Origin: Acidobacteriota bacterium | GTDB taxonomy: Bacteria > Acidobacteriota > UBA890 > WLXD01 | Assembly: GCA_965205505.1 (NCBI GenBank) | Contig: CBDBHB010000009.1 | Span: 1,600,001-1,664,000 of the forward strand | Reading direction: 5' to 3' | DNA length: 64,000 nucleotides | Shown: piece by piece, positions 27,244-35,969 of the stretch | How the letters are laid out: the number at the start of each line of letters is the position of its first letter | Numbering within the stretch: position 1 is the first letter of the stretch | The notes under the pieces: generated by a model | The model's database searches: none | The model's input: the letters and a program-made list of their open reading frames with translations, nothing else | Told to the model about the DNA's origin: nothing | Position numbers and translations under genes: made by a program

Positions 27244-28692
27244 GTGCGCTACCTGCTGCGCGCCGGCGCCGCCCTCCGAGAGCTTCGCGACAGTCGCACC
27301 AGCCTGGCGACGGCGCAACGCCTAGCGTATCGCGACACCCTCACCGGCCTGCCGAACCGACGCCTGTTTGCCGACCGGCTCGAGAGCGCCGTGGAGGATG
27401 CCCGGCAAACGCAGCGGCGTGTCGCTTTGCTGCATCTCGATATCGACCATTTCAAGACCATCAAAGAGGGGTTCGGAAACGACTTCGGCAACCAGCTCCT
27501 GCAGCAGGCCGCCGAGCGACTCGCCAGCTGTCTGCGCGGCGACGACACGTTGGCGCGAGGCGCAGACAAGGCAGACCCTACACTCTCGCGTCTCGCCGGT
27601 GACGAGTTTATGGTGGTGCTCTCGGGGCTCGGAGACGGATCCGACCCTGGGCAGATCGCCGGCCGGTTGCTGGAAACCCTGGCCTGGCCCTTCCGAGTTG
27701 ACCAGGCCGAGCTGTTGGCCACCGGGAGCATTGGGGTAGCGATCTTTCCCGACGACGGCGAGCGCTGCGACCGGCTGATCGAGCGCGCCGGTACGGCGCT
27801 CGCGCATGCCAAGGCGCAGGGTGGCAACTGCCATCTCTTCTACAGCGACCGGATGAACACCGGTGCTGCTTCCAGGCTCGAGCTTGCCAGCCGGCTGCGC
27901 AAGGCGCTCGCTGAGCAGGAGTTCGAGCTTACCTACCAACCGATCTGCAATACGGCGTCGGGGCGCGTCGGCAGTGTGGAAGCTCTACTTCGCTGGAACG
28001 ATCCGACGCACGGCCCGGTACCGCGGTCACGGTTCGTTCAGGTGGCCGAGCAGACGGGGCTCATCCTGCCGCTGGGCGAATTGATGATTGAGCGCGCCTG
28101 CAAGCAGTGGCGCGATTGGCTCGACGCCGGGGTCGGGCGCGTCGTGATAGCGATCAACGTGTCGGCCCGGCAGTTCCGGCACGCCGGCTTCGTCGACCGC
28201 GTACGGTCGATCGTGGACAAGCATGGCGTCGATCCGTCGTTCCTCCGCTTCGAGATTACCGAGGGAGTGTTCATGCGGGCGACCCCGGGCGCAGTAGCCA
28301 ACACCCAGGCGCTCCGCACCATGGGAATCGGCCTGTCGGTCGACGATTTCGGCACCGGGTACTCGTCGCTCAGCTACCTGCGACGCTTTCCAGCCGAAGT
28401 GTTGAAGATCGATCGGTCGTTCTTGCAGGGTGTGCCCGAGAATCAAGAAAACTGCAGCTTGGTGTCGGCGATCATCGCCATGGCGCACAAGCTCCACCTG
28501 GGCGTGGTCGCCGAGGGCATCGAGAACGAGGCTCAACTACGCTTCGTAGGTGCTCTGGACTGTGAGTCAGTGCAGGGCCCTCTGCTTGGAAAGGCGATGC
28601 TCGCGGATGAGATCGAGCCGCTGCTGCGGAGCAAGCTGGAGTATTCGAGCGGCTCCTCGGTAGTGCCTTTCCGCCGTCGCGCGGCATCCTAG
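27244..28692 (+). CDS. GGDEF-EAL protein, apparently lacking its N-terminal sensor domains
   Basis: DTLTGLPNR, RLAGDEF, EALLRW, DDFGTGYSSL, KIDRSF and AEGIE motifs. Confidence 0.9.
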   Translation: MRYLLRAGAALRELRDSRTSLATAQRLAYRDTLTGLPNRRLFADRLESAVEDARQTQRRVALLHLDIDHFKTIKEGFGNDFGNQLLQQAAERLASCLRGDDTLARGADKADPTLSRLAGDEFMVVLSGLGDGSDPGQIAGRLLETLAWPFRVDQAELLATGSIGVAIFPDDGERCDRLIERAGTALAHAKAQGGNCHLFYSDRMNTGAASRLELASRLRKALAEQEFELTYQPICNTASGRVGSVEALLRWNDPTHGPVPRSRFVQVAEQTGLILPLGELMIERACKQWRDWLDAGVGRVVIAINVSARQFRHAGFVDRVRSIVDKHGVDPSFLRFEITEGVFMRATPGAVANTQALRTMGIGLSVDDFGTGYSSLSYLRRFPAEVLKIDRSFLQGVPENQENCSLVSAIIAMAHKLHLGVVAEGIENEAQLRFVGALDCESVQGPLLGKAMLADEIEPLLRSKLEYSSGSSVVPFRRRAAS

Positions 28693-28742
28693 TATTCCTG
28701 ACTCAGGCCTACTAGTGTCCTGACTCAGGACACTAGTAGGCC
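28689..28742. repeat. Collapsed MITE-end palindrome (CTAGTGTCCTGA-C-TCAGGACACTAG) preceded by a degenerate unit
   Basis: Perfect 37-bp palindrome with a 1-nt centre at 28706-28742; same ends as the MITE at 48429. Confidence 0.8.
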
Positions 28743-28788
28743 CAGGTATCTGCGCCGCGCCATCTCTGTCCGCCGCGGGGCCGTTCGG

Positions 28789-29016
28789 CTATGATCCTGA
28801 CGCCGCGCCCGGCGTCAGGCCCGGTTCGGGCCTCGCAGCACTACGCGCGGGCAACAGCAACAGGGCGTGCAGTGTCTCGAAGATCGCCGCGACCCCGAAG
28901 CCGATGAGTCTGAACGGCAGCGTCAGCAGCCACACGAACGGGTAGACGATCAGGGCGAGTAGCGCCACCGGCCAGCAGATCACCAGCAGGATCACCCACA
29001 AGAAAAACGTCCACAT
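28789..29016 (-). CDS. Small membrane protein
   Basis: Hydrophobic 75-aa ORF with GGAGG upstream; CWP...YPFVWL...PFRL motif. Confidence 0.7.
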   Translation of the reverse strand: MWTFFLWVILLVICWPVALLALIVYPFVWLLTLPFRLIGFGVAAIFETLHALLLLPARSAARPEPGLTPGAASGS

Positions 29017-29126
29017 ACCGATCTTCCTCCGCTCCGCCGGCCGCAGAGAGCTTTGCGGCCAGCACCGTTGCCTACCTATGTTAGACGCAGCGCTGGCGGT
29101 GGAGTTTCAACAACGCGGAGACCGCC

Positions 29127-30443
29127 GTGTATCGACGACTCGGAGCTCTTGCTGGTGTCCTTTTCTGCCTCAGCGCGCTGATTCCAGCCGCTGCCAACGG
29201 GCAAGAGGCTAGAAGACGGTGGGAACGCATGGCGCAGATTCGGCGCGACAAGTTCGACTACGTGCTGCCGGAGGCAATGCGGGAGAATCGCATCGACATG
29301 TGGATCACGGTGGTCAAAGAGGGATTGCCCGATCCGCTCACCGACGATCTGGGGCGCGGCTACGTCGGGAGTACCGGTTACTACATCTTTGCCGATCGGG
29401 GTGAGGGCCGAATCGAGCGCGCCGCCCTGGGTATCGAAGGTTACCTTCTGGAGGAGAACGGTGCCTATGACATCGTCGCCGATACCGACCTGCGCGATTT
29501 CGTGCAGGCGCGCGATCCGGAGCGCATCGGCGTGAATATGTCGCAGCAGATCGGTGGCGCCGACGGGCTATCGCACAGCAGCTACATCCATCTGGTCGAG
29601 ACGCTCGGCGAGCCCTACGCGGAAAGGCTGGTGTCGGCCGAGAAGCTGATCTCCGATTTCCGCTCCCGGCGCGTTGCCAGCGAGATCGTCGCCTTTGCGG
29701 AGGCCGGCGAGATTTCGCGTGAGATCGCCGAGCGAGCGCTCTCGAACGAGGTCATCACGCCGGGCGTAACGGCGTTGGAGGATGTCGCCTGGTGGATCAT
29801 GGACGAGCTTCTGGACCGCGGCCTGGAGACCTCGTTCGACTTTCCGTCCGTCTACATCACCGGCCCCGAGGGGATTGTTGCGACCTCTAACGAGCGCATC
29901 ATCCAGCGTGGCGATCTGCTGATGATCGACTGGGGCGTCGGCTTCCTGAACATGTACACGGACATGAAGCGCATCGCCTATGTGCTTGGCGACGGGGAGG
30001 TGGCGGCACCGGCGGGCATCCAGAACGCCTTCGATCGTGCCCGTGAGGTGCGGGAGATCATTCGTCGCACCATCAAGCCCGGCCCGACCGCGGCCGACAT
30101 GCTCGAACGCCTCCACGACGAGATCACCGCCGGCGGGTTCGAGATGATGAAGGAGTTCAATGTCACCTCGGGGAGCGACCAGACCGAGGTAATCGTCGGC
30201 TGCCACTCGGTGGGCAACCTCGGCCATGGCGTCGGACCGTCGATCGCCTGGTTCAACCCGTTGCGGCTGAGCTTCGAGATTCAGCCGACGAACCTTTTTT
30301 CCATCGAGCTATTCGCCTACACGGCGGCTCCCGAATGGGGCGGTGCGAAGGTCCGAATCCCGCTGGAGGACGATGCCATCGTCACCGAGCGCGGCGTGGA
30401 ATGGCTGTACCCGGCCAACGACCGTATTCTGCTGGTGCGCTGA
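29127..30443 (+). CDS. M24 family metallopeptidase (Xaa-Pro peptidase-like), secreted
   Basis: IQRGDLLMIDWG...TDMKR, GHGVGP, SIE and LEDD metal-ligand motifs. Confidence 0.88.
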   Translation: MYRRLGALAGVLFCLSALIPAAANGQEARRRWERMAQIRRDKFDYVLPEAMRENRIDMWITVVKEGLPDPLTDDLGRGYVGSTGYYIFADRGEGRIERAALGIEGYLLEENGAYDIVADTDLRDFVQARDPERIGVNMSQQIGGADGLSHSSYIHLVETLGEPYAERLVSAEKLISDFRSRRVASEIVAFAEAGEISREIAERALSNEVITPGVTALEDVAWWIMDELLDRGLETSFDFPSVYITGPEGIVATSNERIIQRGDLLMIDWGVGFLNMYTDMKRIAYVLGDGEVAAPAGIQNAFDRAREVREIIRRTIKPGPTAADMLERLHDEITAGGFEMMKEFNVTSGSDQTEVIVGCHSVGNLGHGVGPSIAWFNPLRLSFEIQPTNLFSIELFAYTAAPEWGGAKVRIPLEDDAIVTERGVEWLYPANDRILLVR

Positions 30444-30593
30444 CGCCGGGGCGGCAGTCGTACCCCGGACAATCAGCGCCGCCCCACACAGCGGCCTCGC
30501 TGGTCCCAACTGCGATAGAAAGCATCGGCGATGGGGCCTGCCCGCCGGGTGTAGACTCCGCCGGTCGCCCGACCCGCCGCAGAGGTACCGATC

Positions 30594-31127
30594 TTGAGCT
30601 TCGTTCGTCTAGTCGACGCGCTCAACGAGAGGATCGGCCGCGCCGTGTCCTGGCTCGTTCTCGCCATGGTGGTGATTGGGGCGTACAACGCGCTGGCGCG
30701 ATACGCGGGTCGCTGGATCGGCATCAACCTGAGCTCGAACTCGTACCTGGAAATGCAGTGGTACTTGTTCAGCCTGGTTTTCTTGCTCGGTGCTGCCTAC
30801 GCGCTCAAGCACGACGACCACGTTCGCGTCGACGTGCTGTACACACGTTTGTCGAAACGCGCCAAGCTGTGGGTTGACCTCGTCGGCACGATCGTCCTGA
30901 TGTTGCCGTTTGCGATCTTCTGTATCTGGGCGAGCATACCCACGGTGCTCAACTCCTGGTCGATTCGCGAGGCCTCACCCGATCCCGGGGGGCTACCGCG
31001 CTACCCCATCAAGATGATGATTCTGGTGGCGTTCGGGCTGCTGCTCCTGCAGGGGATGGCGGAAGTGATCCGCAAGGTCACGCTGCTACGCGGCGGGTCG
31101 CATTCCGAGCGCGGGGAAGACCAGTGA
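30594..31127 (+). CDS. dctQ: TRAP transporter small permease
   Basis: EMQWYLF, HVRVDVLY and SPDPGGL motifs; 4 TMs. Confidence 0.9.
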   Translation: MSFVRLVDALNERIGRAVSWLVLAMVVIGAYNALARYAGRWIGINLSSNSYLEMQWYLFSLVFLLGAAYALKHDDHVRVDVLYTRLSKRAKLWVDLVGTIVLMLPFAIFCIWASIPTVLNSWSIREASPDPGGLPRYPIKMMILVAFGLLLLQGMAEVIRKVTLLRGGSHSERGEDQ

Positions 31128-32446
31128 CGGGTGACTCGCTCCCCATCCTGATGTTCGTCGTTCTGTTGCTGATGATCTTCACGGGCTTCCCGGTGGCATT
31201 CGCGATCGGCGGTACAGCCGTGATCTTCGCGTTCGTCGGAGTTGCAGCGGGTTACTTCGACTGGCCGCTCCTGCTGGCCATGCCGGAGCGCATCTTCGGC
31301 ATCATGTCCAACTTCGTGCTGTTGGCCGTGCCGTTCTTCATCTTCATGGGAACGGTGCTGGAGAAATCCGGGCTTGCCGAGGACCTGCTCAAGACCATCG
31401 GCAAGCTGTTCGGCCCGCTGCGCGGAGGGCTGGCCCTGGCGGCGGTATTCGTCGGTGCGCTGCTGGCGGCTGCGGTCGGGGTGGTAGGCGCATCAGTAGT
31501 GATGATGGGTCTGATATCGCTGCCCGTCATGTTGCACTATCGATACTCACCGGAGCTGTCGGCCGGGGTGATCGCGGCGTCCGGAACGCTCGGCCAGATC
31601 ATCCCGCCCAGCATCGTGCTCATCGTCCTCGCTGACCAGATGGGAATTTCCGTCGGGTCGCTATTTATCGGCGCTCTGCTGCCTGGCCTGTTGTTGGCGG
31701 GAATGTACGCGGCGTATGTTGTCGGCGTCGCCATCTTCAATCCGGCCGCCGTGCCTGCTTTGCCGCCCGAGGACCGCGAGCGGCTGGGCTGGCCGCTGCT
31801 GCGCAAAGTGGGCCTGGTATTGTTGCCGCCGTTGGCACTCATTCTGGTGGTTCTGGGAAGCGTGTTCGCAGGCATTGCCACCCCGACAGAGGCCGGCGCC
31901 TTGGGCGCGGTGGGGGCAATGACGCTTGCCTGGCTCAACGGGCGCCTGTCAATGACGGCAGTGCGACAAGCGCTCGACCACACCACCCGCCTGACGGCCA
32001 TGGTGCTGTTCCTGCTCATCGGATCGACGGCGTTTACGCTCGTGTTTCGCGGTGTCTACGGCGATATATGGATCGAGGAGCTGCTGACCAACCTTCCGGG
32101 AGGCCCCACGGGGTTTCTCGTCGCCGCCAACCTGACCGTCTTCATCCTCGGTTTCTTTATCGACTTCTTCGAGATCACCTTCATCATCGTGCCGTTGCTG
32201 GTACCGGCTGCTGCTCTCCTGGGCTTCGATCTCGTGTGGTTCGCCGTGATGATCGCGGTCAACATGCAGACGTCGTTTCTGACGCCGCCGTTCGGGTTCG
32301 CGCTCTTCTATCTGCGCGGTGTTGCTCCGCCAGAGGTGCGGACGACCCAGATCTATCGCGGGGTGGTGCCCTTCATCATCATCCAGCTCATCGGACTGCT
32401 GCTGATCATCATCTACCCCGGCATTGTCACCGTGCTGCTGGACTGA
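31124..32446 (+). CDS. dctM: TRAP transporter large permease
   Basis: LLAVPFFIFMG, GTLGQIIPPS, TPTEAG and TPPFG motifs. Confidence 0.93.
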   Translation: MTGDSLPILMFVVLLLMIFTGFPVAFAIGGTAVIFAFVGVAAGYFDWPLLLAMPERIFGIMSNFVLLAVPFFIFMGTVLEKSGLAEDLLKTIGKLFGPLRGGLALAAVFVGALLAAAVGVVGASVVMMGLISLPVMLHYRYSPELSAGVIAASGTLGQIIPPSIVLIVLADQMGISVGSLFIGALLPGLLLAGMYAAYVVGVAIFNPAAVPALPPEDRERLGWPLLRKVGLVLLPPLALILVVLGSVFAGIATPTEAGALGAVGAMTLAWLNGRLSMTAVRQALDHTTRLTAMVLFLLIGSTAFTLVFRGVYGDIWIEELLTNLPGGPTGFLVAANLTVFILGFFIDFFEITFIIVPLLVPAAALLGFDLVWFAVMIAVNMQTSFLTPPFGFALFYLRGVAPPEVRTTQIYRGVVPFIIIQLIGLLLIIIYPGIVTVLLD

Positions 32447-32481
32447 AGGCGGGGTGCGCGGCGAGAGGTCGAGGATGCGGG

Positions 32482-33672
32482 TCAGTTCGCCCGAATGACG
32501 AAGAGGCCGCGCTGCAAGTCCGACACGATCACGTTGCCGCTCGGGAAGCCTGCGTAGACCCCCCAGGCACCGTTGAACGTGGCGTTGTCGCTCTCCGGAT
32601 ACGTATCGAAGTAGCCGCGCGCTTTGAGCTTGCGCGGGTTCTCGACATCGATCACCCGCAAGCCGCCTTCGTAGGCGGAGACGTACATACGGTCGCCCTG
32701 AATCATCGAGTTGTGGTCGATAACGGAAGTATCCCAAGCGATGGTGTCGGTAAGTACCGGACGCTCCAGGTTGCCGACGCGCACGACGTAGGTGGTCATG
32801 CGATCGACTTCCGGATTGCTGCGCTCGTCGAGCTCATCGTTGACGTATAGAAAGCGGCCGTTGGCGCTGAGCGATCCGCTATGACCGTACGTGGCGTTCT
32901 CGTACTTCAGATGGGCGAGCGTGGTGGGGTTGGTCTTATCGGTGACGTCGATGATGTGCAGGCCGAGCCCACCCGTGAAGGCGAAGGCGATCTCGCGACC
33001 CTTGTTCCTACCCTTCTTGTAGGTGGTGACGTGAACGTCGTGGACGTACGCGACCTCCCAGTTGATGGGCTCCAGTCGCGGGTTCGCCGGGTTGCTGAGG
33101 TCAACCGCGAGCAGGCCGCCCCGGGCGATGTTGGAGCCCAAGACGTAGGCGTAACCGCTGTCCTCGTTGACGAAGATGTTGTGGCCGTGCGACAGGCCTG
33201 CGTCGGTCACCGTCCGTAGCAGCGAAACGGTGCCGTCCTCGATCCGCGAGAGGTCGATCACCTGAATGCCGTCGCCGCTCTCGTTGATCGAGTAAGCGTA
33301 ACTCTGGTACACTGCCATATCGCGCCAGGCGGAGTCCGCGCCTCCGATGACGCCCACGGTCCGCGGATTGGTCGGATCTGTAATCTCGACAAAGGCGGTG
33401 CCGATCTGCAGGCCAACGATGGCGAACTCGCGTCCGCTGGGCGACGTATAGCCCCAGATATCGCTGGCGTCTGTCGGCACACCGATCATGTCGGTGCTCG
33501 ACATCCACGACAACCTGACGGTTCTTTGCGAGGGGAACACGGGGTCGACGGATCCCGAGTAGGCGGGCGCCGAGCGGCCGGCGCCGGGGGGCAGCTGCGC
33601 GGCATACGGGGTCGCGACCGACGCTGCGCTGAGCAGCAACGCCGCAGCGGCCAGGAAGCGGGCTCTATACAT
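32482..33672 (-). CDS. Choice-of-anchor B / LVIVD-type secreted propeller protein
   Basis: SDIWGY...REFAIVG, WRDM, HN, YVHD, DELDE, IDHN and GAWGVY...PSG motifs. Confidence 0.88.
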   Translation of the reverse strand: MYRARFLAAAALLLSAASVATPYAAQLPPGAGRSAPAYSGSVDPVFPSQRTVRLSWMSSTDMIGVPTDASDIWGYTSPSGREFAIVGLQIGTAFVEITDPTNPRTVGVIGGADSAWRDMAVYQSYAYSINESGDGIQVIDLSRIEDGTVSLLRTVTDAGLSHGHNIFVNEDSGYAYVLGSNIARGGLLAVDLSNPANPRLEPINWEVAYVHDVHVTTYKKGRNKGREIAFAFTGGLGLHIIDVTDKTNPTTLAHLKYENATYGHSGSLSANGRFLYVNDELDERSNPEVDRMTTYVVRVGNLERPVLTDTIAWDTSVIDHNSMIQGDRMYVSAYEGGLRVIDVENPRKLKARGYFDTYPESDNATFNGAWGVYAGFPSGNVIVSDLQRGLFVIRAN

Positions 33673-33805
33673 GAACCGAGTCTCGACTTTCCCAGGGGCT
33701 ACAGCGAGTGTAGCAGGCGCGGGCCGAGGGATTCCTGTGCGCCAGCCGCGCGGGTGCAAGCTCCCCGACAAGACCCGCGAACGTCGAGAACAAGATGAAC
33801 GCTCC

Positions 33806-34930
33806 TCAGTCGCCGTACTCGAAGGCGAAGCTAGTGTACTCGGTCTCGACCGTCTTGAACCAGCGATAGGAGCCAGCGCGGAACTGTTTCCATTGCTCGT
33901 AGAGCTTCCGATACCCCGCGTCGGCGGCGGCCTGTTCCTCGTACAGATCGAACGAGGTTCGATAGGCGGCTTCCATAATGTCGCGCGAGAAAGTGCGGAG
34001 CTCCACACCGGCCGCGATCAATCGCTCGAGTGCCTGTGGATTGAGGCTGTCGTAACGAGCCGTCATTGTCATCGCCGATTCCATCGTGGCGCCGCGGAGT
34101 ATCTCCTGGTACGTGGTCGGCAGCGTTTCCCAAGCATCGCGGTTCACGTAGAACGAGAGGCTCGGCCCGGTTTCCCACCAGCCGGGCGAGTAGTAGAAGT
34201 TCGCGACCTGATGCAGCCCCAACCTCTCGTCATCGTGTGGCCCTACCCACTCGGTGGCATCAATGGCGCCGCGCTCCAGCGCTTGATAAATCTCGCCGCC
34301 GGCGATCACCTGCACGGCCACTCCCAACCGACTCATGACCTCGCCGCCCAGCCCCGGAATGCGCATCTTGAGCCCGCCAAGATCGGACAACTGTGAGATC
34401 TCGCGACGAAACCAGCCCCCCATTTGTGCTCCGGTAGAGCCTGCCGGGAAGTTGATGATGTTGAAGTCGGCGAACAGCTCACGTGTGAGCTCGAGCCCAC
34501 CGCCCTCATACAGCCAGGCAAACTGCTGTCTGGTTGTAAGGCCGAAGGGGACCCCGGTGTCGAACGCCAGCGCCGGGTTCTTGCCCGTGTAGTAGTAGCT
34601 CGAGGTCTCGCCGAACTGCACCGTGCCCTGCTGCACCGCATCGAGCACTTGCAGTGCCGGAACGATTTCGCCAGCGGGGTATGGACGAATCGTGAAGCGG
34701 CCGTCCGACATCTGGCTGACGCGCTCGGCCAGGTAGTCGTTGATTCCGTACAGCGTATCGAGGCTGCGTGGGAAGCTGGATGCGAGACGCCAGCGCACGT
34801 TGGGTTGAGTGTGAACGGCCGGCGCGCCGGCGTCGTCGCTGGCGCAGGCGCCGAGTGCCGCGACACCGGCCACCGCGCCTGTCGTCCGGGTAACGAAGCT
34901 CCGTCGATCGATGCGGTTCTGCTTGCTCAT
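33806..34930 (-). CDS. dctP: TRAP substrate-binding protein (TakP-like), Tat lipoprotein
   Basis: DRRSFV Tat motif and LGAC lipobox; KMRIPG, EIYQALERG and DATEWVGP motifs. Confidence 0.92.
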   Translation of the reverse strand: MSKQNRIDRRSFVTRTTGAVAGVAALGACASDDAGAPAVHTQPNVRWRLASSFPRSLDTLYGINDYLAERVSQMSDGRFTIRPYPAGEIVPALQVLDAVQQGTVQFGETSSYYYTGKNPALAFDTGVPFGLTTRQQFAWLYEGGGLELTRELFADFNIINFPAGSTGAQMGGWFRREISQLSDLGGLKMRIPGLGGEVMSRLGVAVQVIAGGEIYQALERGAIDATEWVGPHDDERLGLHQVANFYYSPGWWETGPSLSFYVNRDAWETLPTTYQEILRGATMESAMTMTARYDSLNPQALERLIAAGVELRTFSRDIMEAAYRTSFDLYEEQAAADAGYRKLYEQWKQFRAGSYRWFKTVETEYTSFAFEYGD

Positions 34931-34977
34931 GTGGACTCGGTCAGGGGGTTGGGTTGCAAAGAGGGAGGCCCAGGTTA

Positions 34978-35646
34978 TCACCCGCCGAAACGATCGGCCC
35001 CGTCGCGCCAGGGATCCACGGTGACGTCCAAGAGTGTCAACAGCTCCGCCAGAACCATGGCGGTGGCGCCCCAGACTTCGAGGTCGTCAACCGCGAAGAA
35101 TGGAACCTCCGACGGCACGCCGCGGCGCTCTGACCGCTTGTGGCTCCAATTGCTCGGCGAAGCCAAGCTGGCCAGCGAGGGCTCGATCACCCGCGCGACC
35201 TCGTTGTCCGAGGGCGTAAGCGCCGGCCGCTGCACTGCGTGGCCGACGATTGGATGGAGGATGAATCGGCTCACCGGGATATGTAGTGGGGTGAGCTTGC
35301 CGACAACCTCGACATGCTTGCGGCTGATGCCAACCTCCTCCTCGGTTTCCCGTAGGGCCGTCTGAACGCTGGTCTCTTCGGCGTCCATCTGGCCGCCTGG
35401 CAGGGAGACCTGACCACCGTGTTCCGCCAGGTCGTGGCGTCGCTGCGTGAGCAGAAGATGGGAGCGTCCGTCGATCGGGTAGATGAGCACCAGCCCCGCC
35501 GCGTGTCGGCACCCGTCCGGCAATACGCCCGGCTCCCAACCGGTGCGCGGGCGCGGTGACATCGTCACCTGCGCCGGCGGCCCGGGTAGCTGGCCGTCGA
35601 GCCGCTGGCACAGTTGTCTCAGCAACAGGGGGTGATCCGGGAACAT
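34978..35646 (-). CDS. Nudix CoA pyrophosphatase
   Basis: LLTQR...HGGQVSLPGG, TALRETEEEVG and VWGATA motifs. Confidence 0.92.
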   Translation of the reverse strand: MFPDHPLLLRQLCQRLDGQLPGPPAQVTMSPRPRTGWEPGVLPDGCRHAAGLVLIYPIDGRSHLLLTQRRHDLAEHGGQVSLPGGQMDAEETSVQTALRETEEEVGISRKHVEVVGKLTPLHIPVSRFILHPIVGHAVQRPALTPSDNEVARVIEPSLASLASPSNWSHKRSERRGVPSEVPFFAVDDLEVWGATAMVLAELLTLLDVTVDPWRDGADRFGG

Positions 35647-35969
35647 GTTTGTGGTCGCCAGCGAGGAACCCCTATGGGAAGCGATCTGTGGGCCACCGAG
35701 CAGGCACGGTCGGTAGGCAGCGGCGCTGCCTCCAGATGTGGCTCCTCAACCGGGACCCTCGGACGCGCTGCAGTCGAATCGCCGCGTTGATCGCATGGAA
35801 CCATCCACCGACCGAGCGCGCAATCCGGCGAGCGTGCCGCGCACGTCCTTGCGTACACGCGGGCCGAATAGAATGGGAAGGTTCCCCTGACGTGCTCCCA
35901 AGACGGCGCTGGCGACGCCCATGCCGCGTTTCGCGTTTCGCCATGGGTCCACGCCCGCGACACGATCCC

